A DNA stretch of 64,000 bases from a virus. Location of the stretch: IMG/VR virus record IMGVR_UViG_3300026290_000001; one strand, written 5' to 3'. The notes beneath the pieces are model-generated. The model saw nothing but the letters and a program-made list of their open reading frames with translations, searched no databases and was not told the DNA's origin. A program made the position numbers and the translations under genes. Below are positions 49,401-58,892 of the stretch, piece after piece (position 1 is the first letter of the stretch; the number at the start of each line of letters is the position of its first letter).

Positions 49401-49640
49401 ATGAACGATAAAATCTATATTATACCTAGAGAAGATAAACCAATAAAATTCATTATTGAAGAATTACCATGTCCTATCTGTTCACAAATTGGATATGATT
49501 TTAGATGTGAACATGCCAAAAGTAGTTTTAAAGATTTAATATATACAATATCTTGTACTAATTTTAATCATTGTGAAAATGCAGAGAATATATCATTGAA
49601 ATTCAATGAGTTAATACAAGATGAGTTGTTAACCACTTGA
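49401..49640 (+). CDS. small zinc-finger-like protein
   Basis: CPICSQ ... CEH. Confidence 0.45.
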   Translation: MNDKIYIIPREDKPIKFIIEELPCPICSQIGYDFRCEHAKSSFKDLIYTISCTNFNHCENAENISLKFNELIQDELLTT

Positions 49641-49950
49641 CAGATTAGTAAAATAAATATATAATAAAATTACAACAAAATATCAAAAATATCAATTTTA
49701 CAAATCCCAATATATAGCCATTCTTGAAGGTGAAAATCAACACCAAATCTGCGTTTTGTCACAACTTTTATGAATGCTAATATACAGGGCTTGAGAATTG
49801 CTATTTTAAGCGAAAATACGGTAAAATCAATGGTTTTAAGTAATTACTAAAATTAGCTTTACATAAAGTCCAATATATAGGCGTTTATAATTCTAAAAAT
49901 CGTGACAAAAGTGTCATTTTGTTTAGAAATTATAGAAAGGGGAATTAAAT

Positions 49951-50136
49951 ATGGATAAAAATTTTTTATTGCTTTGTTCATATGAGAATATGGAAGGAAT
50001 GCTAGAAAGAGATTTTGAATGGTATCAAACAGAAGAAAACATGAGAGAAAGCATTGAAGATAAAAAAGAATTTATAAAAGATTTTACGGTCAATAAAGCA
50101 ATAGAAATATTACAAGTTAGAAATATAGAAATATAA
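49951..50136 (+). CDS. hypothetical protein
   Basis: Track ORF with AAAGGGGAA SD. Confidence 0.4.
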   Translation: MDKNFLLLCSYENMEGMLERDFEWYQTEENMRESIEDKKEFIKDFTVNKAIEILQVRNIEI

Positions 50137-50192
50137 TTTAAATAATAAACCTTAGTAATAAAAACATTAAAAGGAGATGAATTATACATAAT

Positions 50193-50951
50193 TTGATTGA
50201 ATTGAATAAAATTTATAATGAAGATTGTATAGGTGGAAGGGGTATGTGTTTAATCCCAAATGAATCAATCGATATGATTTTATGTGATCTTCCGTATGGA
50301 ACTACGATGGCGAAATGGGATAAGATTATCAACCAAGAAGAATTGTGGACGCAGTATAGAAGGATAATTAAACCCAGAGGGGCAATTGTACTAACTTCTA
50401 GTCAGCCATTTTCAAGTGCTTTAATATATAAAAACCTAGACATTTATAGGCATTCATGGGTTTGGGAAAAGAACAATTCTGCAGATTATGCCAATGCAAA
50501 TTGTAGACCAATGAAAATACATGAGGAAGTATTGGTATTTTCATTCGCACATGATGTTGCTCCTGCTAAAGTAAAGATGATTTATAATCCACAGGGGCTA
50601 ATACCAGTTAATAAGCCCAATCGGAGAGGTAGACATAGTGAAACAACAGGTCATTTTAGAGAGAATGAGTACATACAAAAATACACAAACTATCCTACTA
50701 CAATATTGAGGTTTGCTTCAGATAAAGATAAAATTCACTCTACACAAAAACCTGTGGCGTTGTTTGAATATCTTATAGAAACATATAGTAATGAAGGTGA
50801 TTTGGTTTTAGATAATTGTATAGGCTCAGGCACAACAGCGATTGCGTGTATAAACATCAAACGTAAATTTATAGGGTTTGAAAATGACAATACATATTTT
50901 GAGTTAGCAAACAAAAGAATAGAAGAACATAAATGTAAAATAAATATTTGA
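50193..50951 (+). CDS. DNA methyltransferase, beta-class, variant motif IV (DLPY)
   Basis: ILCDLPYGT and HSTQKP ... DNCIGSGTT; TTG start; 5' 40 nt near-identical to 38166 and 42668. Confidence 0.65.
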   Translation: MIELNKIYNEDCIGGRGMCLIPNESIDMILCDLPYGTTMAKWDKIINQEELWTQYRRIIKPRGAIVLTSSQPFSSALIYKNLDIYRHSWVWEKNNSADYANANCRPMKIHEEVLVFSFAHDVAPAKVKMIYNPQGLIPVNKPNRRGRHSETTGHFRENEYIQKYTNYPTTILRFASDKDKIHSTQKPVALFEYLIETYSNEGDLVLDNCIGSGTTAIACINIKRKFIGFENDNTYFELANKRIEEHKCKINI

Positions 50952-51212
50952 CATTTAACCACAAACAGTATATAATAAAATTACCAGCAATATGCATCAA
51001 AAATATTAAAAATTTGCTTTTTACAAATTCCATTATATAGGTATTTATCAATACCCACAAAGCCCGATATATTGGGATTTTTACAAAAACATTACCAAAA
51101 ACAAATTTGGTCATGATTTTAAATTTGTCTTATATAAATTCAATATATAAGAATTTATTTTAAAATAAATTGCTGAGTTGAAATACGAAAGAAAGGAGGA
51201 AATACATAAAGT

Positions 51213-51473
51213 ATGATTAATGTTTTAGAAACACCCTATAAGTCAATTCAAGTAGAAACTAAAGAGAATGGTATTCAGACTATTTCCGAAGGTAATAAAA
51301 TAAGTTTTACTACCGAAAATGGTGAATTAAAAGAAGGTACTATTACTGGATTTGTAGGATCAAAACCTGAAAAAGTTGAAATTGAAATAATTCCTAGTGG
51401 CGAAAATCATAAAGAAATTTGGAAAGTTATTGATATGATCGAAGGAAGTTTAAAGTTGGTCGAAGATGAATAA
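51213..51473 (+). CDS. hypothetical protein
   Basis: Track ORF with AAGGAGGAAA SD. Confidence 0.45.
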   Translation: MINVLETPYKSIQVETKENGIQTISEGNKISFTTENGELKEGTITGFVGSKPEKVEIEIIPSGENHKEIWKVIDMIEGSLKLVEDE

Positions 51474-51530
51474 ATTTTTATTTATTAATAAGTAAAATAG
51501 AAAAATAAAAATGGAGGTATAGTTATACAT

Positions 51531-52589
51531 ATGGCAAAAGAAACAAAGGGGAAAAACAAAGGACTAGAATTACCCCAAACTAGAGGAAATTTCCAGATTA
51601 AAGGTATTGTAACTGGCACACAAAAAGACAATTTTTATAAGGAAACTCAAACCAAGACGCAAAAACCTTGGAGAATTCTTAATTTTGGAGTAAAAAACAA
51701 TAAAGATTCTACTATTTATGTTACTCTTTCTGATGGTGAAAAAGATAAGGTATATTTTTATAAGAGCGAAACTGTTGATGGAAAAAGAAAAACTGATGTT
51801 CAAGATGTTTCTTGGAAGGATAGGTTTAAATTTAATAAAGAAGGTTATCGTCTTATAGGTGTTAATACTGGTGTTTCTAAAATTACAGACAGTAAGGGTA
51901 ATGAAGTTAATGATAAGAAAATGCTTACCGGATATGATGCTTGTAAGGAAATCAGCGATAATTTAGTTGATGATCAAAGTGTATTTATTCGTGGTGCTAT
52001 TGATTATAGTCATTATGAAGTTAATGGTGAAACAAGAAGAGTAGTTAAATTTGTTCCCAATCAAGTATCACTTTGTAAAGATGTGGATTTTGATGAAGAA
52101 GATTATGTACCTACTGCTGATTTTACACAGATTATAGTTTTTACTGGAATTGAACCTGAAGATGAAGAAAAGAAGCGTTTTGTAGTATCTGCAAAAATAG
52201 TTAATTACAATTCTATTGAAGATGCAGAATTTATTGTTGAGAAAAAGGATTTGGCAACTACCCTTAAAAAGAATCTTAAACCTTATACTGCTATTAAAGT
52301 GTGGGGAAATATTTCTGTTTTAAAAGATGTTGAAGAAGTAGAAGTTTCCGATGCATGGGGAGAAGAAAATAAAATGGATAAAATAAATTCTCCTACTAAA
52401 AGAGAATTGATTATTACTGGTGCAGACCCCAAAACGATTGATGAAGAAACTTATGCCGAAGAAGTTATAGAAAATGCTTTGGCAAAAATCAAGGCAAGCA
52501 AGGAAGCAGAAAATGAGTTTGGTGTATCTGACGAGTGGGGTAGTGTTAGTAGTGATAGTTCTTCTGATGAAGACGATGAAGCATGGTAG
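51531..52589 (+). CDS. hypothetical protein with acidic C-terminal tail, possible ssDNA-binding/annealing protein
   Basis: C-terminus SSDSSSDEDDEAW resembles an SSB-type acidic tail; first gene of replication block; no fold-level evidence. Confidence 0.35.
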   Translation: MAKETKGKNKGLELPQTRGNFQIKGIVTGTQKDNFYKETQTKTQKPWRILNFGVKNNKDSTIYVTLSDGEKDKVYFYKSETVDGKRKTDVQDVSWKDRFKFNKEGYRLIGVNTGVSKITDSKGNEVNDKKMLTGYDACKEISDNLVDDQSVFIRGAIDYSHYEVNGETRRVVKFVPNQVSLCKDVDFDEEDYVPTADFTQIIVFTGIEPEDEEKKRFVVSAKIVNYNSIEDAEFIVEKKDLATTLKKNLKPYTAIKVWGNISVLKDVEEVEVSDAWGEENKMDKINSPTKRELIITGADPKTIDEETYAEEVIENALAKIKASKEAENEFGVSDEWGSVSSDSSSDEDDEAW

Positions 52590-52597
52590 AATTTATA

Positions 52598-52619
52598 AGG
52601 GAGTATTAATTTACTCCCT
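52598..52619 (+). terminator. terminator-like hairpin
   Basis: AGGGAGTA / TACTCCCT perfect 8-bp stem after stop of 51531-52589; no clear T-tract. Confidence 0.4.
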
Positions 52620-52663
52620 GTAAATTACTATCAAAATAAAAATATAGGAGGAATAAAACACAT

Positions 52664-53827
52664 ATGGCTACTGGTCGTGGAGGTAGTAAAGTTAGAACAA
52701 ATTTAGCTTTTTTACTTTATGGAGAACAGGGAACTTGGAAATCTTCTTTGTGTTTAGAATTTATGAAATTTAAAAGAGAAGATGGAAAACCTTTTAGAGT
52801 TTTATATATTGATCCAGAGCAGGGAAGTATTGATAGTTATTTAGAAAACTATGAAAACGAAGGTTATGATTTAAGAAATATTTATATTATATACACTCAA
52901 TCTATTTCAGAAGTTAAAGAATATATTAAACGTGCAAAAGATAATGAAGATTTTTATGAATTTGATGAAGATGGCAATGAAACAGATCAAGTATATTTAG
53001 ATGCAGAAGGATTACCATTTAGACCTGATGCAATAGTAGTTGACGGTGTTACCTTGCTTTATGTAGCTAAACAACAGAGTATGTTGAATTTTAGTAAAAA
53101 GAGAGCAACCGTAAGGGCAAAGAAAAATGAATTAATTGGTATGGAAAAAGAAGTTGCAATTGATGGGGCTGGTATCGAAATAAAGGATTACCAGACACTA
53201 AGATTTGAAGGACAGGATTTAATTCTTGATTTACTTGCTTGTGGAAAGCATTTTGCTGTTACTTGTCGGGAAGAAGATGAAAAAGAATCATATAGAGACA
53301 AAGATGGTTCAATTAAGGCAATGGCAACAGGTAGAAAACAACCAAGTGGATTTAAAGACGTAAGATATAATGTTAAAACAGTCCTTCGTACTTTCAAAGA
53401 TGATGATGGAATAATTAAAGCAATGGTTGAAAATAAAGACAGAACTCGTGTGCATGAACAAGATGAAGTTCTTGTTGAACCTACTCTATTAGATTGGCAA
53501 GTAATTATTGATAAAAATAAAGGTAAGAAGGATTTTACTATTGCTAATAATTTAAACGAATCTGTTGATAAAGAAATGAAAACAATTGAAAAAGAAAATG
53601 CTAAGTTTGATGAAGAATGGGATAATTCCAAATCAAACAATTCTGAAACAGAATTAAAAACTGCCGAAGATTATCATGATGCAATTAAAACTACCATTAC
53701 TAAATTATCTGCCAAGGACAAATCTTTAAAACAAGCAAAAATTGCTGAAGCAGGACTTCCAAAGGCATATCAAAAACTCAAAGATATTGAACAACTTAAA
53801 ACATATCTTAATATTGTAAGTAACTAA
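52664..53827 (+). CDS. P-loop ATPase (RecA-like / AAA_24-like), putative recombination or replication ATPase
   Basis: Walker A-like FLLYGEQGTWKSS and Walker B-like IVVDGVTLLY. Confidence 0.4.
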   Translation: MATGRGGSKVRTNLAFLLYGEQGTWKSSLCLEFMKFKREDGKPFRVLYIDPEQGSIDSYLENYENEGYDLRNIYIIYTQSISEVKEYIKRAKDNEDFYEFDEDGNETDQVYLDAEGLPFRPDAIVVDGVTLLYVAKQQSMLNFSKKRATVRAKKNELIGMEKEVAIDGAGIEIKDYQTLRFEGQDLILDLLACGKHFAVTCREEDEKESYRDKDGSIKAMATGRKQPSGFKDVRYNVKTVLRTFKDDDGIIKAMVENKDRTRVHEQDEVLVEPTLLDWQVIIDKNKGKKDFTIANNLNESVDKEMKTIEKENAKFDEEWDNSKSNNSETELKTAEDYHDAIKTTITKLSAKDKSLKQAKIAEAGLPKAYQKLKDIEQLKTYLNIVSN

Positions 53828-53892
53828 ATAATTGAATAATAAGGGAGGTTTTATAACTTCCCTTATTGTATAAAAAGTAGGTGATAAATTTA

Positions 53893-54543
53893 ATGAACAA
53901 TATAAATATCACTCGCAAATGTAAACATTGCAAAGAATATCTTAATATAGAAAAAGATAATTTTATTTATTATAAAAAAAGATATTATCATTTTGATTGT
54001 GCAGTAAATGAGCAACTAATTAGAAAAAACAATAAGTTATCTATAGAACAATGTATTGATAAATTTACACAACTACAAAATGAAACTCAAGAAGAAATTA
54101 ATAATATTATTAGTAAAGAAAGATTATACAAATGGTTGCAAATTACATACAATACAGTTGTTTTACCTAGTTATTTTTATATAAAAATGGATGAAATATT
54201 TTCTGGCATATATAAAGGGTTATCTAAGGAGATATCACCTGAAGATTTGCTTGATATGTGGACACGAAAGAAAAATGAATTAGATAGAATAAATGATTCA
54301 AATAGTAGGAAGGGTAAAAATTTAATTGGAGTTGCTAGAATAAATTATGATCTGGCAATATTGTTAAATAAATATGATAGTTATTTGAAATGGAAGGAAA
54401 AACAGAGAATTATTGAACAAGAACGCCAACAAGTTAAAGATGATTTTAAAAATAAAATAGAGTTTAATAAAATAAATATCACGAATAAACCAAATACCAA
54501 TTCAAATAATTTTAATATATCAGATATAATTGATGAAATATAG
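53893..54543 (+). CDS. hypothetical protein with N-terminal Cys/His motif
   Basis: CKHCKEY ... HFDC; track ORF 53881 trimmed to ATG. Confidence 0.45.
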   Translation: MNNINITRKCKHCKEYLNIEKDNFIYYKKRYYHFDCAVNEQLIRKNNKLSIEQCIDKFTQLQNETQEEINNIISKERLYKWLQITYNTVVLPSYFYIKMDEIFSGIYKGLSKEISPEDLLDMWTRKKNELDRINDSNSRKGKNLIGVARINYDLAILLNKYDSYLKWKEKQRIIEQERQQVKDDFKNKIEFNKINITNKPNTNSNNFNISDIIDEI

Positions 54544-54552
54544 GAGTTGTTT

Positions 54553-56097
54553 ATGGCAGAAAAAATAGATAAGTCAGAAATTGTTAATATCCAAAATGAA
54601 ATTATGTTAACAGGATGTATCTATAAGAAACCAGATATATTTGTAGAATATGGTCAACATATTAAAAGTAAATATGACTTTGCAGATGATGTTACTAAAT
54701 TCTTTTATGATAATGCTGAAATTATATATCAAAAAAGAACACAAACCTTTAATCAAAATGCTATAAATGCTTATATGACTGAAGATAAAGAACGATTAGC
54801 AATATATAAAAAATATGGAGGTTGGAAAACATTACAATCATGGATAGACCTTGCGGTAGTAGATGATTTTAAAAATTATTTTGACATATTAAAAAAATAT
54901 TCGTTGTTAAGAGAATATGATCGTAATGGATTTAATGTTCAAAAAATAATAAAACATCCCAAATTTGAATTATTTAATGCTGTTGATATATATAGATTAA
55001 TTAGAAGTAAAGCGGATAGAATACATACGGTTATTTTAACTAACAATGAGAGTGAAATTTTAAATGAAAAAATGTGCATGTTGATTGATACATGTTTAGA
55101 GAAACCAGATGTTGGATTATCCCTGCCATTCCCCATTATGAATGATTTATTTAGGGGAATAAGGACTGGTACTATGATGGCAAATGGTGCTTTATCTAAC
55201 AGTGGTAAATCAAGATATTTGTTTAAAATAGTTGCTTATATAGCACTTATTTTAAAACAAAAAGTGTGTGTATTGCTAAATGAAATGTCAATTGATGATA
55301 TGAGACTAGCATTATTAACTACAGTTATAAATAATCCAGAGTTTGCTCAATTGCATGGGTTTAAAATTACAAAAAATGAACGAGAAATAGCATTGGGATT
55401 ATATAAAGATAAAGATGGTAATTTTATTTATAGAAAAATAGATGATTCAGGAAATTATCTTGAAACACTAGACGAGTATAGGAATAAATTAATTGAACAA
55501 TCAGATGAATATAAAATAATTTATCAAATAGGCAATTGGATCGAAAGGGAAATGGACGGATTAATATATGCAAAAGATGTTAGTGATGGATATGATGACA
55601 AAAGTTTGTCATATGAAATAAGAAAACATAATTTAATTTATGGAGTTAAATATTATTTTTATGACACTTTAAAAAATGAACAAAGCACTATTGGAGATTG
55701 GTCGGCACTTAAAAGAACTGTAACAAAGTTATCCGAATTAACTACTCAATTAGATGTTTTTGTTTTTGGAAGCATACAACTTACTGATGATGTAAATCAC
55801 ATTGAACCATTAATGATGAGTTCAAGTAATATTGCAGAATGTAAGGCTGTTAAACATGTTTTAGATTCATTAACTATGTTCAAACATCTAAGAAAAGATG
55901 AATATAATAAATATTATTATATTACTACATCTGATTGGGGAGAACCAGAAGAAAGAGATTTGGATTTTAATAAACGATATTGTATTTTTGTTGTGGATAA
56001 AAACAGGACGGGAAGAAAAACTACCATGTTATTTGAAATTGATCTTGATAAAAACATATGGATAGAATGTGGGGAAGTTTTTAGAAAAGAAAAATAA
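54553..56097 (+). CDS. putative replicative helicase-like P-loop NTPase
   Basis: Walker A-like GALSNSGKS and acidic Walker B-like stretch; position between ATPase and primase; track ORF 54547 trimmed to ATG. Confidence 0.4.
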   Translation: MAEKIDKSEIVNIQNEIMLTGCIYKKPDIFVEYGQHIKSKYDFADDVTKFFYDNAEIIYQKRTQTFNQNAINAYMTEDKERLAIYKKYGGWKTLQSWIDLAVVDDFKNYFDILKKYSLLREYDRNGFNVQKIIKHPKFELFNAVDIYRLIRSKADRIHTVILTNNESEILNEKMCMLIDTCLEKPDVGLSLPFPIMNDLFRGIRTGTMMANGALSNSGKSRYLFKIVAYIALILKQKVCVLLNEMSIDDMRLALLTTVINNPEFAQLHGFKITKNEREIALGLYKDKDGNFIYRKIDDSGNYLETLDEYRNKLIEQSDEYKIIYQIGNWIEREMDGLIYAKDVSDGYDDKSLSYEIRKHNLIYGVKYYFYDTLKNEQSTIGDWSALKRTVTKLSELTTQLDVFVFGSIQLTDDVNHIEPLMMSSSNIAECKAVKHVLDSLTMFKHLRKDEYNKYYYITTSDWGEPEERDLDFNKRYCIFVVDKNRTGRKTTMLFEIDLDKNIWIECGEVFRKEK

Positions 56098-56112
56098 AGT
56101 GAGTGAATATCT

Positions 56113-57126
56113 TTGGATATTAAATTATTAAAAGAATACATATATGAAAACAATAGAATAGAAGATATTCTCCAACAAATAGGATGCCATTCAATAAAAT
56201 ATCATTCTTCAGGTTATTATACTTGTGGTAATATTGATGGTGACAATAAACAATCTGTTACTGTTTATAAAAATGAAAATTTAAATTGTATTAACTATAC
56301 AAGAGATATTGGCAATCCTTCTGATTTAATATCTTTAGTATGTTATAATACAAAATTATCTTTTTTTGATGCGTTAAAATATTTATGTAATCTATTAGGA
56401 ATTTCATATTACCATGATTTTGAAGAAGAAATACCAGAAAGTCTTCGTATTACCAAACTAATTTATGAAATGCAACAGGGAGAATATCAAAAAGAAGAAA
56501 GACCATTAAAACCAATTTCCGAAAAAATACTTTCATATTATAAACCATATTTAAACGATATGTTTTTAAATGATGGTATTTCTTATGAAACACAGCAAGA
56601 ATTCGAGATAGGATATGACGAACTGACCAATAGAATTACCATTCCTATAAGGTCAGAGATACATGATTTAATAGGGATAAAAGGTAGGTTATTTAAAGAA
56701 CATATAGACGAATGGGAACAAAAATATATCTATTTAGAACCTTGTGCCAGATCAAAAATATTATATGGACTACATAAAACATATCCATATATAAAACAAG
56801 AAGGTAAAGTTTTTATTACAGAATCAGAAAAAGGCTGTTTGCAACTTTGGTCTATGGGATATTGTAATTCTGTTGGAATAGGTGGTAAGAAAATATCATC
56901 TCAACAAATAGAAAAACTTACTCGTTTAGGAGTAGATTTAATTTTTTGCTTTGATAAAGATGTTACAAAGAAAGAAATAGAAAATATAGCAGATAGATTT
57001 GTTGATGGTGTAAATATTTTTTACTTATTTGACGATAAAGATATTTTGGAAGAAAAAGAATCACCGTCTGATAATCAAGAAAAATTTAAATACTTACTAA
57101 ACAACTGTTTATATAAAATAAAATAA
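56113..57126 (+). CDS. DnaG-like DNA primase (Toprim)
   Basis: N-terminal CHSIKYHSSGYYTCGN zinc-binding-like; Toprim glutamate ITESEKGCLQLW and acidic DLIFCFDKD; TTG start. Confidence 0.55.
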   Translation: MDIKLLKEYIYENNRIEDILQQIGCHSIKYHSSGYYTCGNIDGDNKQSVTVYKNENLNCINYTRDIGNPSDLISLVCYNTKLSFFDALKYLCNLLGISYYHDFEEEIPESLRITKLIYEMQQGEYQKEERPLKPISEKILSYYKPYLNDMFLNDGISYETQQEFEIGYDELTNRITIPIRSEIHDLIGIKGRLFKEHIDEWEQKYIYLEPCARSKILYGLHKTYPYIKQEGKVFITESEKGCLQLWSMGYCNSVGIGGKKISSQQIEKLTRLGVDLIFCFDKDVTKKEIENIADRFVDGVNIFYLFDDKDILEEKESPSDNQEKFKYLLNNCLYKIK

Positions 57127-57146
57127 AGGAGAAACAATAAGATATA

Positions 57147-58880
57147 ATGCAGTATAAATTAATAAACAATAGTTTAAATGATATTTATAATCCTAAAGAA
57201 ACTGTTCTTAGAAATAGAGGGATTGAAGACGTAGACGCATATTTGAATTTAGATGATAGTGTGCTAATACATTATAGTGAGTTGGACAATATAGGTAAAG
57301 CAGTTCAATGTTTGTTAAAACATTTAGAGAATGATAGTGAAATACATATTTTAGTTGATCCAGATGCTGATGGTCAGACTTCATCTGCAATAATGTATAG
57401 ATATTTAAAATTAATAAAACCAGATGTAAAGTTAACATATTCTATACATACTGGCAAGCAACATGGATTATCTAGGGATGTTGAAATGCCTGAAAATATA
57501 GATTTGTTAATAATGCCCGATAGTGGAAGTAATGATATAGAAAAATGTCAAGAACTTAAAGAAAATGATATTGATATACTTATATTGGATCACCATGAAA
57601 TTAATAACCCTAATCCTTATGCAATAGTAGTTAATCCACAAAACTGCAATTATGCCAACAAAAGCATTTCAGGAGTAGCAGTAGTTTATAAATTCCTTCA
57701 AGCACTTGATGAAGAATTGTGGAATGATTATGCTGATAACTTTCTTGATTTAGTTGCGCTTGGGTTAATAGGTGATTCTATGGATATCAAACAATTAGAA
57801 ACTAAAAGACTTATAGATAAGGGTTTATCTAAAATAAGAAGTAAACTATTCAAGGCACTTATTGATAAACAATCATATTCTATGAATAATATTATAAATA
57901 TAAATAATGTCCAATTTTATATAGTACCATTAATCAATGGTTTAATACGTGCAGGTGACTATGACGAAAAAGATTTATTGTTTAGGGGATTTATTGAAAC
58001 GGATGAAGTGTTTAAATACAAACCTAGAAGAAAATCAAAAAATGATCCAGAACCAGAAGAAATTGACGAGGATATATATACTAGGGTAGCAAGGTTATGC
58101 AGTAATGCTAGACAAAGACAAAATAATTCTAAAGATAAAGATGTTGAAAAACTGCTTGAATATATAGATGAAAAAGAATATAATAATAATAAAATAATAT
58201 TTGTTAATGTTACAGATAAATTAAATGAAAATTTAACTGGACTTGTTGCAATGAATATTGCGACAAAATACAATAAACCCTGTTTGTTATTAAGGAAAGT
58301 TAAAAATAAACCAGATTATTATGCAGGAAGTGCTAGAAATATTAATAGATCACCACTTCCAAACTTAAAGGATTATTTGGAAGAAACAAATATGTTTGAA
58401 TACTGTCAAGGTCATCAAGGTGCATTTGGTGTGGAAATACATAAAGATAATATACCAAAAGCAATTGAATTAATTAATGAGCAATTGAAAAATGTTGATT
58501 TTGCTTCATACTATGAAGTTGATTTTATTATTGATATTGATGATTTAGACATTAGTTTTATTAAAACAATGGATGAATTAAAAGATTTTTATGGACAGGG
58601 TATTGGAGAAGCATTAGTTTATATTAGTAATATAAAAGTAAGTAGAAATGATATTAATTTTATGGGTAAAGATAATAGTACTATTAAATTTGTATATAAC
58701 GATGAAATAACTTTTATAAAGTTTAGAATTGGAGAGAATGATCCAATTTATAAATGGTTAAATGATTGGGAAAATGATGATGATTTTATTGTTATTAATG
58801 TGATAGGTAAAGTAGGACTGAATAATTACAAAGGCATTTTAACACCACAGGTGATAATTGAAGATTATCAGGTAATATAA
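57147..58880 (+). CDS. DHH-family phosphoesterase (RecJ-like exonuclease)
   Basis: HILVDPDADGQTSSA (motif I/II) and LILDHHE (DHH motif III). Confidence 0.6.
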   Translation: MQYKLINNSLNDIYNPKETVLRNRGIEDVDAYLNLDDSVLIHYSELDNIGKAVQCLLKHLENDSEIHILVDPDADGQTSSAIMYRYLKLIKPDVKLTYSIHTGKQHGLSRDVEMPENIDLLIMPDSGSNDIEKCQELKENDIDILILDHHEINNPNPYAIVVNPQNCNYANKSISGVAVVYKFLQALDEELWNDYADNFLDLVALGLIGDSMDIKQLETKRLIDKGLSKIRSKLFKALIDKQSYSMNNIININNVQFYIVPLINGLIRAGDYDEKDLLFRGFIETDEVFKYKPRRKSKNDPEPEEIDEDIYTRVARLCSNARQRQNNSKDKDVEKLLEYIDEKEYNNNKIIFVNVTDKLNENLTGLVAMNIATKYNKPCLLLRKVKNKPDYYAGSARNINRSPLPNLKDYLEETNMFEYCQGHQGAFGVEIHKDNIPKAIELINEQLKNVDFASYYEVDFIIDIDDLDISFIKTMDELKDFYGQGIGEALVYISNIKVSRNDINFMGKDNSTIKFVYNDEITFIKFRIGENDPIYKWLNDWENDDDFIVINVIGKVGLNNYKGILTPQVIIEDYQVI

Positions 58881-58892
58881 AGGGGAATAGAT

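Noticed and set aside
27777-50951. Methyltransferase island as an integron or transposon
   Set aside because: No integrase, transposase or terminal inverted repeats were found in the window; cassette-like structure is kept as an open observation only.
31478-51150. Possibility that the recurring palindromes form a CRISPR array
   Set aside because: Repeats are not identical in length or sequence and are separated by whole genes rather than short uniform spacers.
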